A stretch of DNA of 64,000 nucleotides. Origin: Callorhinchus milii. Lineage: Eukaryota. This document shows positions 26,001 to 40,221 of the stretch, piece by piece (the first letter of the stretch is position 1; every line of letters starts with the position of its first letter). The translations under genes and the position numbers were made by a program. The notes beneath the pieces are model-generated. The model was not told the DNA's origin. It did no database searches and saw only the letters and a program-made list of their open reading frames with translations. The stretch covers positions 58,716,001-58,780,000 of the forward strand of contig NW_024704742.1 in assembly GCF_018977255.1 (NCBI RefSeq), read 5' to 3'.

Positions 26001-28140
26001 TGCCAAATGGTTTACTTCTGTTCTTATGTTCCCAGGTTGATGCCTTGTATGTAAAGCATGGTGCTGACAATAAATTAATTGATCGGTGGGAACTCTTAAA
26101 AAAAATTGCCAGATTTCAGAAGTCAAACAGATGCTGGAATTTCACTTCATGGCTGAGAGCAACTTGGGTGCCATTTTCACCCAGAAAATATAGACCCTGT
26201 ACTTTACAATAAATTGCATTGAGATGCCGTCCCATTGGAAAAGGTGTTATACCAAATGCAAGGATAATTACTTTATTGCCTAGGTTAACTGCAGTTGCAA
26301 AAGACAAATCCAACCATATCCCAGTGAAGCACACTTAGCACATGTGACCCCTTTCCCTGCTCAGTCTGTTGGCATCCACAGCTTCATGACTGGATATAAG
26401 CGATCTAATTTAAAATTCAGCCAGTCCAAATGTGCTAAGAGAAAGCCGAGTGAAAAAACTGCCCTTTGCAATATTACAGTGACAAGAGATAAACTGAATG
26501 ATAGGTGTTTGAGGGGAGGAGCAGTGGTGAGAGAAGCAATAGAAAAGGTTAGTAACTTTTTGCTTAAATACTTAATGTATTAGAATTGTCTCAACTTATT
26601 ATTACTGCACAGAGGGAAACAGATTTTTAAGCAGGGAAGATTTTTTTTTAAGCAGTGAAAAAAACAGACATATTTTAGCCTTCCAGGGAAATGCTAACGT
26701 TTTTCTGTGCTGCTGTGAGACACAACTGCAGGCATATGGTAAATATTGCTGGAAGTTTATTTGTCAGTGAGCAAGAGGAAAGTAATGCAAACATCCTAAT
26801 TTGTTAGGTTGCACGTGAAGCTGCTTCTAGCGAAACGGTAAAATGTCAACACGGTTTTCGAAAGTAAAACATTTCAGTGATTCCTGCTAAATCACCATGA
26901 CTTCTATTTCTACATGGATCTGTGCACCGACCTGCCTCTGCAGAGCTGGAGGCAATTGTTAGCATGGGCTGAACTCTAAGGACACTCACATTCATTCACC
27001 CCAGCACACTTGGCAATCATATTTCATTTTTGATCTATTAATCAAAGATAATTGAATATGGAATGAAAAAAAAGGTCATTCAGCTCATCAAATCCACCAA
27101 GCCAATACAAACTCTCCTTAACTAAAATCTACGCAGTCTCATCTCCTGGGGAAAATTCTGCATAGATACTTCCTCATCTCTACAAAGATAAGCAAACATC
27201 CCATTCATCTATTCTCACATCTCAACGATTCAGTCCTGGTTGCCCAGTCAACAAGCAATTAGTAGACTTACACAGTTTTCCATCTGCATTGCATACATGT
27301 AACATATTTGAAAGAAAGGTGGTTTACACCAGTGCATTAGCCTACAACGCCCCAGATAAAATGGGCCATTCACTTCATGGCTGTTAGTGGGGCATTGCTG
27401 CATGCAAAACGGCTACAAAATACAGTCACTACATATTACAGTAAATCCTGTGAGGTGCTTTGAGACTCTGCTGACATGAAGATGCAAAGATTTTTTTTAT
27501 TTACTTTTGTTGTTGCAATGTGCATTATCTTATGGTTATTTACATTCAAATCTGGTGCCCATCTGTTTCATTGACCTAGATATTCCTGATTGCTATTTAT
27601 TCTTATATTCTTCACTTGCTTGGCCCCCATAATATGTGATAAATGACGCATGTTAACATATTGCAAGTAATATTCTCCTCCCAAGGTATTTATGAAAAGC
27701 GTATAAAAAATGTGGCTCAGAACTGACCTTTGCAAAGCACCAATCCCCTAGACAGATTTTTTCCATTATTATCCCCTTCTGCTTCAGTTTGCTAAGCCAG
27801 TTTTCAATTTGACTAGCTAATTTACATTAATTCCATGAGTAAACTGTATATGTCATATATTGTTTCCATGGATATCTTGTGGGGCACATTAAAGAGGTAT
27901 ATTCTAAATGGGATTGCGAAAGTAATCTCAGAATAATTACTTTCAAATATGCCAACACAGCAGAACGTTGGCCAGAATGATGGATTCTTTCAAGAAACAG
28001 CTTGATTGCAGTGGCGGGAGAGTCATATTTTGGAAGCATGAGATCAAATGGGCTGAAAGGCTTTCTTCTCAAAACTCTCCTGTGATCAATTTGTCTCATT
28101 CTTCAAGTCTGAGTCTTTGACAGTTAATGCCAACAGGTTA

Positions 28141-28439
28141 ATAATAATAATAATCCTTGCATTTGATATAGCACTTTTCACATCTTCTAGATGTCTCAAA
28201 GCACTTCACAGTTTATTCTGTAAAGTGAATTGACTGTATATTTGTGGGCGAAACATGGCAGCCAATTGTGCACAGCAGTGTCCCACAAACAGTCGTGGAT
28301 TGAAGTGACCAAATTATTTTTTTTCTTGAGAGATTATTATCAATAAGGAAATTTGCCCAAGGTTTTGCCCTGCCGGGAATCGAACCTAATTCTCTCACTT
28401 GCCAGGTGAGTGCTCTAACCACTGAACTACAGGACTCCA
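28141..28439 (-). mobile_element. SINE family B with a different central deletion
   Basis: Full head GGAGTCCTGTAG..; junction TTTCCTTATTGATAATAATCTCTC. Confidence 0.85.
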
Positions 28440-28894
28440 TGGGTTTTCAACTGTGGGAACATCACAATTGGCCACAGCCAATTTCCACACCCATCCATTT
28501 TGTAGTCAGAATCACTAGACTACGAGCACCAGTGGGAAAAATAGTTTACTTTTTTCTTCGACCACAGTCACTTGAAGCCAGTTCCACCAGCAGCACCCTG
28601 ATCTCACCCTGGCTGATTCGGGTTTAACTCAGCATGCTCATGGTTTGCAAGGCTTACAGTGAGACGTTTGCCTATTGAACCATGGCGGAGGACTTTATTT
28701 GCTATATTAATTTTGTATAGGTATGCCTCACTTATTTTTGTTTAGATTTATTTTGTTATCTCATTGGATGAATTATATTCTTCCCCGTCTCTTCCTCCCA
28801 ACGGCGACCTAGAATGTTCATGAGATGATAGGTGTTTTTCTGTCCTCCTTCCCTCCCTCCCTATGGGGTCCATTTTATTTCTACTTTCATTATG

Positions 28895-29327
28895 AATAAT
28901 AATAATCCTTACATTTGATATAGTGTCTGGCATATCAGAAAGCTATCTCAAAGTGCTTCACAGTGCTACTCTAAAATGTATTGACTGTGTATTTTGCAGA
29001 CAAACGTGGCAACTGATGTGGACACTGCACAGACAGCAGTGAAGTTAACAACCAATTTTATCTGGGGGATTGTGGGCGAGGACACTGAGTAAATACCTTT
29101 CTTTTTTCAAAGAGAGCCATGGGATCTTTCACATTCACCTGAAAAGGCAGACGAGTCCTTAGTTTAACGCCTTGTTCAAAGGATGGCACCTCTGACAATG
29201 CAGTGCTCTCTCAGCAACTTATTGGAGTGTCAGCCTAGACTGCGAGCTCAAAGCCCTGACATGGGACTTGAACCCACAATTTTCTGACTCAGAGGCGAGA
29301 GGGCTTTCAACTGAGTGAGGCTGACAG
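28895..29327 (-). mobile_element. SINE family A, full length
   Basis: Head, core and (ATT)n tail all present. Confidence 0.85.
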
Positions 29328-29964
29328 CTTTATGAAACCACCATCAAACTTTTGCTTGAAGAGTAAAATGTTGATAATAGTAACAGAAGAACAGGTTGGA
29401 GGAGTTATGACCGCAAAATTGTAAGGGAACTTAATTAACATATTCACAGCTGAAGCCAAACCAGCCTGGGTCAATTGTGGCATCAATATGAATTCAGATC
29501 ACTGTCAGAATCAGTAAATCTTCCAAGACAATATCCTTCAATTGTGAGATTCACTGGTTAAAGAGCAATGCTCACAAACACCAACACAGACGTGAACATA
29601 AAAAAAATCGGAATTGTTTGCGGCTATGGTCTCCTCTCCCCTTCCCCTTATGCTGTGCTCGGTATCTGACCCCATCATTGCCAAACACATCAAGAGGTGA
29701 TTGGATCTGAAGTGTGTTATATATTATTGTTAGTTATTGTTGCCCTAAACAAACAACAAACGTCACAAGATGTTTCTCTCCTTTCTGCTGGGCATCGTTC
29801 ATCCTTGAAGAGTCTCCAAATTCTTTAACCTATTTCCATTCCTTGTTTTAGCTGGGTCCTCTGTTTTCCCACCGCTTCATTTTTACCCCTCTCTGTCCCT
29901 TTTTTGAAGAAGCAATTTGACATCTCTTTATGGAAGATATCTAAAAAAAAGGATTATATGTTCC

Positions 29965-30445
29965 AAGGAACACAAGAACAGGAGTAGGCCATTCAGCCCC
30001 TCGAGCCTGATTCACTATTTTATTAGACCATCGCTGATCTGTACCTCAACTCCATTCACTCACCTTTTCTCCATTACCCTTGAAATGCTAACCTAATAAA
30101 TAACTATCAACCTCAGTCTTGAAATTTCCAATTGACCAGGCATCTACAGCCTTTTGGGAGAGAGAGTTTGAGATTCCCACAACCCTTTGCATGAGAAAAT
30201 GCTTCCTGGTTTCACATCTAAATCGCCTAGCTCTAATTTTAATCCCCCTTGTTTTGGATTCCCTCACCTGTATCTATTCCATCAAGTCCCTTTATCATTT
30301 TAAACACCTCAATTAGATTACCCTTCAGCCTTCCGAACTCCAGGGAATACAAACCAGGTTTATGCAATTTAGCTTTATAATTTAACCCTTTCAGCTCCAG
30401 TATCATTCTGGTGAAACTGTACTGCACCATCTCCAAGGCCAATGC
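29965..30445 (-). mobile_element. CR1 LINE 3' fragment
   Basis: FTRMILELKGLNYKAKLHKPGLYSLEFGRLKGNLIEVFKMIKG; 3' UTR GGGCTGAATGGCCTACTCCTGTTC. Confidence 0.85.
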
Positions 30446-30794
30446 TAAAATGCTAATAAACAAAAAAAAATCCTTACATTTGATATAGCACTTTTCATAT
30501 CTGCACGTTGAAAATAGAAAATTCTTAACTTAGGTCTTGATTTGGAAGCCGACTCTTTATAGGAACTCCAGCAAACTGGCTTCCGTATTAAGACTGAATT
30601 TATGAATTTTCCACAGTTCTGTGCAATCCTAAATCTTGACACAAAACAATCTTTCAGGCTTTGGGTACCAGAAATACTGTCTAGTTCTAGGCTTGGGCTA
30701 TTTTCTCAGAATTTCCAAGGTTAAAAATGTTGGTAAATTCAAAAATTCAGTTTTAATTTGGGAGCTAGCTTTTTGTAGCTTTAGAAAGAATATA

Positions 30795-31050
30795 AGAACA
30801 TAAGAAATGTAAGATGAAAAAAGACCAAGTCCATTTAGTTCACCTTCCACCCTTCTGGTAGTCGCATGCACATATGTCCCAAATTACCTACATCCCATAA
30901 TGTTTATTCCTAAAAGAAAACTATCTAATTGTGTTTGAAAGAATCAACACTTCCTTCTTCAACCATCTCCCCAGGGAGCCTGTTCCACAGATTCACTATT
31001 CGCTCACTGAAATAGTGTTTGCGTAGATTTGTTCTGAGTTTACCCCCCTT
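30795..31050 (-). mobile_element. CR1 3' fragment, second family
   Basis: CACTATTTCAGTGAGCGAATAGTGAATCTGTGGAACAGGCTCCC; terminal TTCTTATGTTCTTAT. Confidence 0.7.
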
Positions 31051-31614
31051 CAATCGCACGCAAGCACCTACAGAAAAACTGGCTTCCAACTCTAGACTGA
31101 AGTTTCCAGGTGCTACGCTTTGAAATGTTGAATAAATAGTCTCAAGTTCAGCGCGAGATGGAACTTATAACCCCAGACCTTTTGATGAACTTTGCTTTTC
31201 ATTAATTGAGACACACCGACATATGGGAGTAAAAAAGCAAAAGCTTTTTATAAGGGTAATTTAAGAAAGAATCCATTCTTGACAAAAGGTAAGCTGATTA
31301 ACTTTTGCATAAAATCAATGGGTTTGATAGAGCCTGAAAGAATGATTAACTAGGAGAAAACATCCTGTTTGTTTTGACCAGTAGTTCAATGAAAGCTGCT
31401 AGGACAGAGATAACGGATTGATTTTGCTACCTACTGTATTCAGTGCAAATCAATGATCTTCTCATATAGTTATACACCCACCATTTTAAGAAAATTGAGG
31501 CTTCAGTGTCGGTTTGACACATTCTATATTTTAATGAGAAATTTACAAATACAGTCAAGCTCCAACTATCCACATAAATTGGGTTCGACTCCCATTGTGG
31601 TTAAGCAAACAGTG

Positions 31615-31910
31615 CAGATGGGCTCAGTTGGTAGGACTCTCGTTTCTGAGTCAGAAGGTTCTGTGTCAGGCCTTTGAGCTCATAATCTAAACTAACGCTC
31701 CAATGCAGTGTAGGGGACTGTTGCATTGTTGGAGGTGTCGTCCTTCAGATCAGATGAGATGTTAAACCAAGGCTCCAGCTGCCTGTTCAGGTGGACGCTA
31801 AAAATCCCACGGCTCTATTTGAAAAGAGAAGGGAATTTCTCCTGTTGCCCTAGCCAACAATTTTCCCAAATAAAATTGATTATTCATTTAATGGCTGTAT
31901 ATGGAACACT
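31615..31910 (+). mobile_element. SINE family A, 3' truncated
   Basis: Head and core present. Confidence 0.75.
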
Positions 31911-32094
31911 GTGAAAGAAATTGAAACGGCGGGATGTGTCAGTTGACACAGGTCATCCCAGGAGGTCAGGAGGTCTTATCAAAACACAGGCGTCATTTTT
32001 AAGGTGCTCTATGGGATTCTGGATACACAATTTAGGTAGTATAACCAATACCAACTTTATAAGTCAACCAAGGCCATTTCCCCATCCCACTGAG

Positions 32095-32515
32095 TGTATA
32101 CCCTTGAGTTTAGAAGGTTGAGGAGTGATTTGATTGAGGTATTTAAGATAATAAAGAGATTCAATAGGGTAGACACAGAGAAGCTATTTCCTCTAGTGGG
32201 GGAATCCAAAACAAGGCGGCATAGACTTAAAATTCAGAAACAGGCAATTTAAGAGTGAAATTAGGAAGCATTTTTTCACTCAAAGGGTGGTAGAAATCTG
32301 GAATTCTCTACCCAAGAGACCGTGGATGCTGGATCCATCCATACCTTCAAGAGTGAGGTTGATAGATTTTTGGTAGGTCAGGGTATTAAGGGATATGGGG
32401 AGAAAGTGGGAAATTGGAATTGAAAGGTTAGTTGAGGTACAGATCAGCCATGATCCAATTAAATGGTGGAACAGACTCGAAGGGCTGAATGGCCTCCTCC
32501 TGTTCCTATGTTCCT
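32095..32515 (+). mobile_element. CR1 LINE 3' fragment
   Basis: TTTTTCACTCAAAGGGTGGTAGAAATCTGGAATTCTCT; ends GGGCTGAATGGCCTCCTCCTGTTCCTATGTTCCTAT. Confidence 0.85.
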
Positions 32516-32925
32516 ATTCAGTTTGGGTGAAATTGACCCAATGGAATACAATCCATCAGGATGAATACAATCAATTCGTGTGGTGAAAGGTGCATTTCCT
32601 GTCCCCTTCAGGCAATGTTTTCTTAAGTGCCATTCACTTGCCAATTTGCAGCAATTAAGTTGTAGTTCACAGCTGAGATCAGCCCTATGGAAAAGATGTG
32701 GGAGTTTTACTCTGATATGTGATCACAATAAATGCTTTACGAGTGTTAATATTCTGAGATGTCATCAAATTGCAAAATATCAACATCCAAGAGTCAATTT
32801 TGAATAGTGAAGATTGTATGAGTTGATTAGCAAAGAACCACAATCTGAATCCATATTTCTTTCATGAAATAGAGGCTGCTTTTATAATCCTTAATGCAAT
32901 AATATATCAAAAATGTTTTCATGAA

Positions 32926-33263
32926 TATAATAATAATCGTTGCATTTGATATAGTCAAGATGTCTCAAAACACTTCACAGAATATACTGTAAAGTTAATT
33001 GACTGTATATTTTGTGAGCGAAATGCGGCAGCCAAATGCACAAAGCAATGTTCCATAAACAGTGGTGGATTGAGCGACCAGATTTTTTTTTGGGGGGAAG
33101 GGAATTATTACTCACCGCAAATCAATTATTATCTGGGTTCCTACTTACTGCTAAGCAAACAGGAGGCATGTGGAGTGAGGAGTCTTGCCTAAGGTTTCGC
33201 CTGAGAATCGAACTCGGGGCCTCTCATTTGCGAGTCTAGTGCTCTAACCAATACGCTACAGGT
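32926..33263 (-). mobile_element. SINE family B, long variant
   Basis: Head, central domain and tail. Confidence 0.8.
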
Positions 33264-33939
33264 CGCCAAAAGAATATAAATGTTGAAGGGAAACATATTG
33301 TTGAAAAAGCTTTCATACCTGTTTCATGCCAGGTTATGTGGTTTTAGCTTATTAATCTACAGCAGTAGCACAACACATACTCTGCTGTCCACAAGGCTTC
33401 GCCTTCACCCACTTGGCTTAATACTCTCTGGAATTATACAAGCAGGATGCATCCCTCCGGGGAGAGTGTGAGCATTCCTTCCAGACACAGTGAAATTTCC
33501 ACCTGTAGGTAGTATACATAGCGCTCCGAAACCCCGTCTGGCACGAAGAGCGCTATATAAATGCAAGTTGTTGTTATTATATGTGGAACTCTCTGTCTGC
33601 ATGGCTGTGGGTTTCAAATGTGTCAGACACCTGTTTTGCTGTAAAATATGGACAGGAGATGCAATACATGACTGCGTTAATGTGCCTTCTCTAAATAAAG
33701 CTATCTATTGACAGTGAAGGAAAGAGAACATGTCCAAGTCAGCATATTTGCCTCTTTTAAAATCCCTAATTAATAGATTTTACAGGTGCCGCAGCCATCA
33801 TCAAGGACAGGAAAAGCACGTTCAAAATCCAAAGTGCAAAGTCATCACTTTCCTCGGTTTGCAGCGGCTTCAAGTTCTCTCCAGGAAAAACAAAACTGGT
33901 GCTTTGTGTATTGTTTGAGACACTAGACAACAACCCTCA

Positions 33940-34545
33940 TTCAGTTTACAACAACTATTTACATTTCTATAGTGCCTCTCACGGTGGAAGGACATCTTAA
34001 AGCTCTTTGCACTGCTGAATAGGAGACTGAGGTGGGGTGGGAGGGGAGGGGTGGGGGAAGAGACGGATGAGTGTGGTTCAAAAGGCAGGTCTGCAGGCTT
34101 TAACGGTGGGAGGAAAGGTGGGGAGGGGGGAGAGAGAGAGGTGGATTGGTGTTCCAAATAGCTGATAGTGGGCACATCTGGAGGCGGACATGAACCATTT
34201 CAATCATTGAAGGTATTTGCCTTCTGAAGGTCAACATGAATTCTGCCTCAATCACTCCTGTCGATAGGGCATTCCATACTCTAATTACTCTGTGTGTGAA
34301 CATATTTCTCCTAACCTTCCCATTTGCTTGTTTACAAACTAATCTTAAATTGATGCCATCTAATTACCAACTCCCCAACCAGTAGAAATAATTTCTCCGT
34401 ATTGACTCTCAAAATCCCTGATAATATTAAAGACCTCTATCAGGCTACCCTTCAACTCTTTATTACAGCAGAAAAAATTCCAGTTTCTCCAGTCTTTGCT
34501 CAAAAACCAAACCACTTATCCTCGGTATCATTCTAGTAAGCCTCC
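33940..34545 (-). mobile_element. Adjacent L2 3' end (about 33940-34170) and CR1 fragment (about 34200-34545)
   Basis: L2-type tail; MFTHRVIRVWNALS CR1 motif. Confidence 0.65.
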
Positions 34546-35559
34546 ATTCCAATCACATTTAAATGCTGCGAGATTTCATTCCTATCTGAACTATCTAAAT
34601 AAAAGGGAACAAAGCAGGTGAATATACTGTAAGGTTATTGAGTATCAAAGCACAGGTCATCAACAACTCTTCCTATAATCTTCACTTTACACTGAAAGAC
34701 AGTAAAGCAAGCGGACTGCCTCTCACAGGAAATTATAAGTTATCTTGTCTAAACTATGCATTTTTCTATGACGACTGACTTTGACCACCTCAATACTTCT
34801 GATTTCACCACTAAATTATAGGCTGACACAATATTTGATTATAGTCAGTTGCCATGAATAGGCCCCTTTCCCCCCCAGCTCTATCCTTGATGTTTCTCAG
34901 TAAGCTTAGAAAGAAGCTTTTTGGCTAATGGATAGATCTGTGTTGTAACAAGTCTGTGAAATCCAACATGGGGAAAGAATGCTGAAGAGTAGCACTGTAA
35001 AATAGTAAGGGGCCTGTTTTACCCTGTCATCCTAGGGACAAGCTGAGATTTGGAATTTTTAAAGAAGTTTGTTGCTTCTGTTAGAAGCAGCATCAGCAGT
35101 TCTCCCAGGTAGATTACCCCAAGGGGGTGGAGGGGGAGGATTATGATAGATATGCATTTGGGAAATAAAACATTTAAAGCAACGCGCCAACAGAGAACAT
35201 GCTTGCATTACATGGTAGCACTTTAAGATAAACAATACTCAACATGACAGCGCTGATAACCTGGTGCTCTTGTGTATTTTAAATCTAGAAGTAAGTCACT
35301 TGTAAATAGCACTTGTAGGAAAGGCATGGGTGGAAGAAACAATAAAAGTACTGTATTGGGACATGTTTTCAAGGAGGAACAAAGCTTTCTCTTGTGATCA
35401 GAACTAGATTATTGCTTAAACTATTGTTTTAGTTCAGTTCAAAATGCTTATGTTAGTTTGCTAGTGCTATGTGGACCTGTAGAATGACAATTTTGATTCT
35501 AAATTGGTTGTTTTGATTGGATGAAGGTTTCTTAACCTTGTAAGTCTCTTTGACCGAGC

Positions 35560-35762
35560 CTTCAGCTCCCCTCTCGACTCTCTTCCCCCTTCTCGCTCCC
35601 TCCCATCCCTCCCCTCACACTGACCATTTCCCCCTTCCTCGCTCCCTCCCCTCACCCTGACCATTTCCCCCCTGCTCGGGTCATGACCCAACTGTGCAGC
35701 GCCTTGGGACGTCCTCCTGACGTGAAAGGCGCTTTATAAATGGAATCTTGTTGTTGTTGTTG
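35560..35762 (+). mobile_element. L2 3' UTR and tail
   Basis: C-rich tract then GCGCCTTGGGACGTCCTCCTGACGTGAAAGGCGCT..(TTG)n. Confidence 0.75.
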
Positions 35763-38700
35763 TAAGTCAGTATTGAAATGATTATAAGTCTAATTAAATG
35801 GAGCTGAATTGATATCTAAATGTAACATATGTTACGGGTTATTTGGTATAACTCTAGACAAATGTTATGAGAACATGTCAGTATGTTGTGCCTTGAAGAG
35901 TTAAATTGTTCAGCAGAAAGAAGTGTGCTTACCACGGATGCAGCTCTCTTGTTAATTTGGTAACAGTCCTGATTTCTTTTAATCAGAATCAGCTCATGGT
36001 ACCCAAAACCAACGGCGGTCCCAGCTTGTTTATTACAAATATGAAGTAGATGAGTACGTGCAGATTTGCATAGATTATCCTGATGTTAAAAAAAGGACAA
36101 TGATAAAAGAGGTGGTCATTCCTGGTATTCGCTCCAAGCTGGTGGGAGCGAGTACATCTTTCACTTCTCTCGCTCTGTGGCTCAAGCCACTTACTCGACC
36201 TCAACCGTTCAAGGTTCCAATAATTCTCGCAAAATCAAACAAAGCAACTGAGAAGAACAGATTGCAGTGATGCAATGATACAGCAGCAACACAACTGCTA
36301 GAGTCTCACAGACTCAACTTTGGTTCTTTAATTCAACTTCCGCTATGACCAGCATTTCAAAGACAAGAGAAACAAAAAGCAAAAGATGTTCGCCTACTGC
36401 TTTTGAACTTTAATGTTGTCATTACAGTGACATTGCTACACATCAGCATAACAGCCAATATATTGTCTGTCGTAGCCCTGCCTACTGTAACTGCTTATTG
36501 AACCAATGCAAAATTATACATCTTTCTGCCTTGTTAAGTAAACAAGCTTTAAAATATAAAAAACAAGTGACTTTCATTCCTCTGTTTCACTGATTCCTAA
36601 TTTAAAATTGGGCTAAACAGAATAATCTGGCCTTTCCTCGCTAGACCTTTTGTCCCAGGCTTCAATAGAGAGGTAAACTTCATTACTGGATGTACCTTCA
36701 AACCCAACACTTTTCAGCCTCTGATTGAGCCTCTCTGTGCCACTTCTCTCTATACATTTGAGGTGTGCTGAATTCAATAACCCAAACTATTAGTTACTTG
36801 GGAACATTTTACAAGGTGGTAATCTCATTCAAGGATTTAACATGATGTCAAAAACCACAAGAGGATATTTGAAAGCTTTATTATTCTCCTCTGAACCCTG
36901 AGGGTAGATTTCTGTTTTATACATGCACCATTTCAAATTATTTTAAGGTTCTCGCTGGGTATTTGGTCAAGTTTTGTTTTGCACCCACTAGTCATTCAGC
37001 AACCATCAACGCACTGCTTGTCCTGTGATTAACAATGGCGCCCCTTTATTGCATGTTTATCGCAATAGAATCAGTGGATCTTCCCAGAACTGACCACTGA
37101 CTGGCTGGCATCGAATGATTCACATAAAGAGGTGAACTATGAAAGCAAAGTTTCAGGCATCTGTCAATATCCGAACCAGTGTTCGGCTCACAATCTCCCA
37201 TTATTTTTCAGGATCTGTTTGACAATCGATGATAATATTGTGAGAATGCAGAATACATAGCAGGAGAGGTGCCATCATTAATCTAAGGTGTCCTATTGAT
37301 TCTGTCATTGGAACTGTATATAATTCATTCAGCTCCCTCACACAGTGATAGACTTCCAGACAGTAACTCTGCAGCCACTTCATTGAGTTAACCCACCAGG
37401 AATCTACTCAGCATTAAACCAAACATATTCAACTTAAAACAAGGATGTTGACCCTCAAGGCAGATGGGTTTACTCAACCAGCACGATCACTCAGGGGGAA
37501 TGTGAGTCTTGATGAATCTATTCATTTGTGGCTCCCACTTCCTGGTTTGGTGTGTGAAAGAAGCACATCAGGGATTGACCTGGTCACTTTTGAGATCTTC
37601 AGTGTTTGACCCCTTTCTTCGCTGCGAGGCTGTTGCCCCCACTTTCAAAATTATTGCAATTGGGTGTCAAACCCTGCTCACATCCGCAGAAAGTTATTAC
37701 GAGTGACATGCACAATGGACATTGCAAACACACTCCATGCAATGTACTGGGACAGAGGAAAAAGAAAAAATACATTACCTCACACACAACTAGACAGGTT
37801 AAATCACAATGGGCATGTTTCAAACAAATACAGTACTAGGTGGGAAGGGTTGGCTTAAATTCAAAGATTTGATTTGTATATAACTGGATTTGAAATGATC
37901 TGTAATATTGATTCTTCCACTTCCCTCTAGAAAGAAAATTAAGTGAATTGCAAGAAAAAATCAATTTTAAATAACAATTTTATCGGTACAGAGAGGAATA
38001 AAAGGTATACAATCATACATCATGTCCTCTGTCGATATGCCTCAGCAGTTACACGGTCCATCTGTCATTGATATCTCATTTATAGTGGCAAATGGGTCAC
38101 AAACAAATGCATGACTTTGTTCCAGTTAGCCACTATAAAACCATATCACCACAAGTAAATCGGACACGCACAGAACCCACTATAAAGTCTCCGTACAGGA
38201 CGCAATGCGTGAACACAAAAGACATCTATCCTGACTGTCAATGAACACAGTGAAATCTTATTTTAACACCTGCCTCTTTCACACGGAATTAAGACGGGTA
38301 AATAGTGAAGGATTATTTCCCCTGGAAATCAGCAACAAAAAGGGCATCAATTTCAATGACTATAAATACAAAGTTTGGAAGATCTTATCTTTACGATATT
38401 ATTATGATGCAGGCACTGTCGCACAAAGTCACTGAAGCCAAGTCAATTTCTACATTTTTGAAGGGATTTCAAGGCAAATGTTAATAACTATGCTAGAAAA
38501 AGACATGTGGGAAAAAGTGCAGGGAAAAAGAACTGGAGTGGATAGTTCTGGCAGGGAATCTAACACAGCATAATTGTCTTCTAAGTTAAAATATGTATAA
38601 TTTTATAGTAAGGTTAACCCTTTCCTAATAAACTTGGAATCAGTTGTTGTCAGGCATTGGCTTAGAATCAATATATACTGTGAAGCAAACAGCCTTAGAA

Positions 38701-39276
38701 GTTGTACTTCACTATCCCATAAAGCACTTTACTTCCTCATTGTTTCAGATTGCGACCGAATGGAAATTCAATTATCTATATTAACTTTTCTTTTTAAATA
38801 CGATCCCACTTGCACTTTAGCACCTGCTGCGTTGCTGTTTATAAACTAAAACTGTGTGGTCGCTACAGCTTCTGACAAGTGGTCATGAAGAAGATTGTGC
38901 AAAGACATCTTCAATTTTAGGACGGCCCCAGGGATGGCTTAATCACAACTAGCTTGGCATCTCCACTGAGAATACACAGGTGGCTTAGTCAGTGATAAAT
39001 CTTTTTTTTCCCTTTTAACACTGAATCCATCAAATTCACATTAATCTCTTTACAGTTCTTGCTCCATCTTTAGCCCAGATTGTCAGCAGGAACATCAGAG
39101 AATTTGCCAGCCAAATTAATCATGATTTAAGCAATGCTTCATCTTCAAGATATGTAAAATATGATGAAAGTCCCTGGCAAAATGCTGGTGTCTGACGTTG
39201 CATATTGATTTTATGCAATTACTGTACTCAAGGACATGACATCTGGGAGGAGAGAAGAAACTTCCCTCTGTGACGG

Positions 39277-39313
39277 TTGAGAGAAAGACAGAGAGAGAGA
39301 GAGCGAGAGAGAG
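39277..39313. repeat. (GA)n microsatellite
   Basis: Imperfect GA run about 45 nt into the intron from the donor. Confidence 0.8.
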
Positions 39314-39359
39314 AATATTGCTAATGTACTTGGAATTCCAAAGAAGCTTCAGAACTCAC

Positions 39360-39641
39360 CATTTTCACTGTCCGACTTGTTGTTTTCGTGCTCTGTGTCA
39401 GTCAGCGTGAGGGCTGAGTTGGAACGGCTTGACAGGCAGGAGCTGCGAGCGGATTTGACCCCCCTGCCCCACAGCCTCATGGCGTGCTCCGGGGACATCA
39501 CTCCTTCATTTTCTGTGTCGGCGTCCGACCCTGTGTTCACTGAGTAGCCTCGGTGGGGGAGACCCATCTCTGCACAGAACGCTAACCCTCGGCGAGTGGC
39601 AGGCTCACAGATTCCCAATTCCCTCAGGGAAAAATTTGCCG
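39360..39641 (-). CDS. TENM3: Teneurin-3, second coding exon
   Basis: Acceptor TTCCCACAACAG|CG, donor AATG|GTGAGT; 282 nt, phase 1-1, in frame with the upstream exon. Translates (A)[93 protein letters not shown], matching TENM3. Confidence 0.97.
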
Positions 39642-40221
39642 CTGTTGTGGGAATAATAGTGGAAGTGAGCTTTTTTTAAAAAATTCTTTTTTTTAAAAAA
39701 CCCAAGCTAAAACAAATAAACATAGAGAGAGGTTTTCGAATGAGCCTTGGTATCAGAGAGGTGTCTGGTTAAGCTCTCAATGTGAGGCGATCAAGTCTTT
39801 TCTTTTGTCTGCTACACTCCCTGGCACTCTCACACACATTCCAGCACCTTCCAACACTTTGTCATCTCAAGCTTCTTGTCACCTACATTCAGGTGTTAAA
39901 GAAAAACAAAACTGGCAGGTAAAGGAGGAGGCGAGGCTGGGATAATGCCTCATTGAGATCTTAGGAACAATGAAGTGGGGAGCCTAGTGGGTATGGAATG
40001 GGTGAAAGTTGATAGCATCCTTTTGTCCCAGCTTCCCAAAGGTTGACCGTTAAATCAACAGCTTATATCCTTACCTAGCAGGCATTCAGCAGGACAGGAG
40101 GTGAGGGGGACGTGGGGGGGCGAGAGCCTGGAGGACAACTGCATGCCAATCACTAACATCAGCAAACTTTTCTTCATATGTTTATACTGTGATAAATATA
40201 TAATGAAAAGATTGTTAATAT

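Larger units (their letters stand above)
1..39359 (-). other. TENM3: Start of a very large TENM3 intron (>39 kb, continues past window start)
   Basis: Begins with GTGAGT donor. No further teneurin-like coding sequence was recognised down to position 1; teneurin genes are known for very large 5' introns. Confidence 0.75.
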
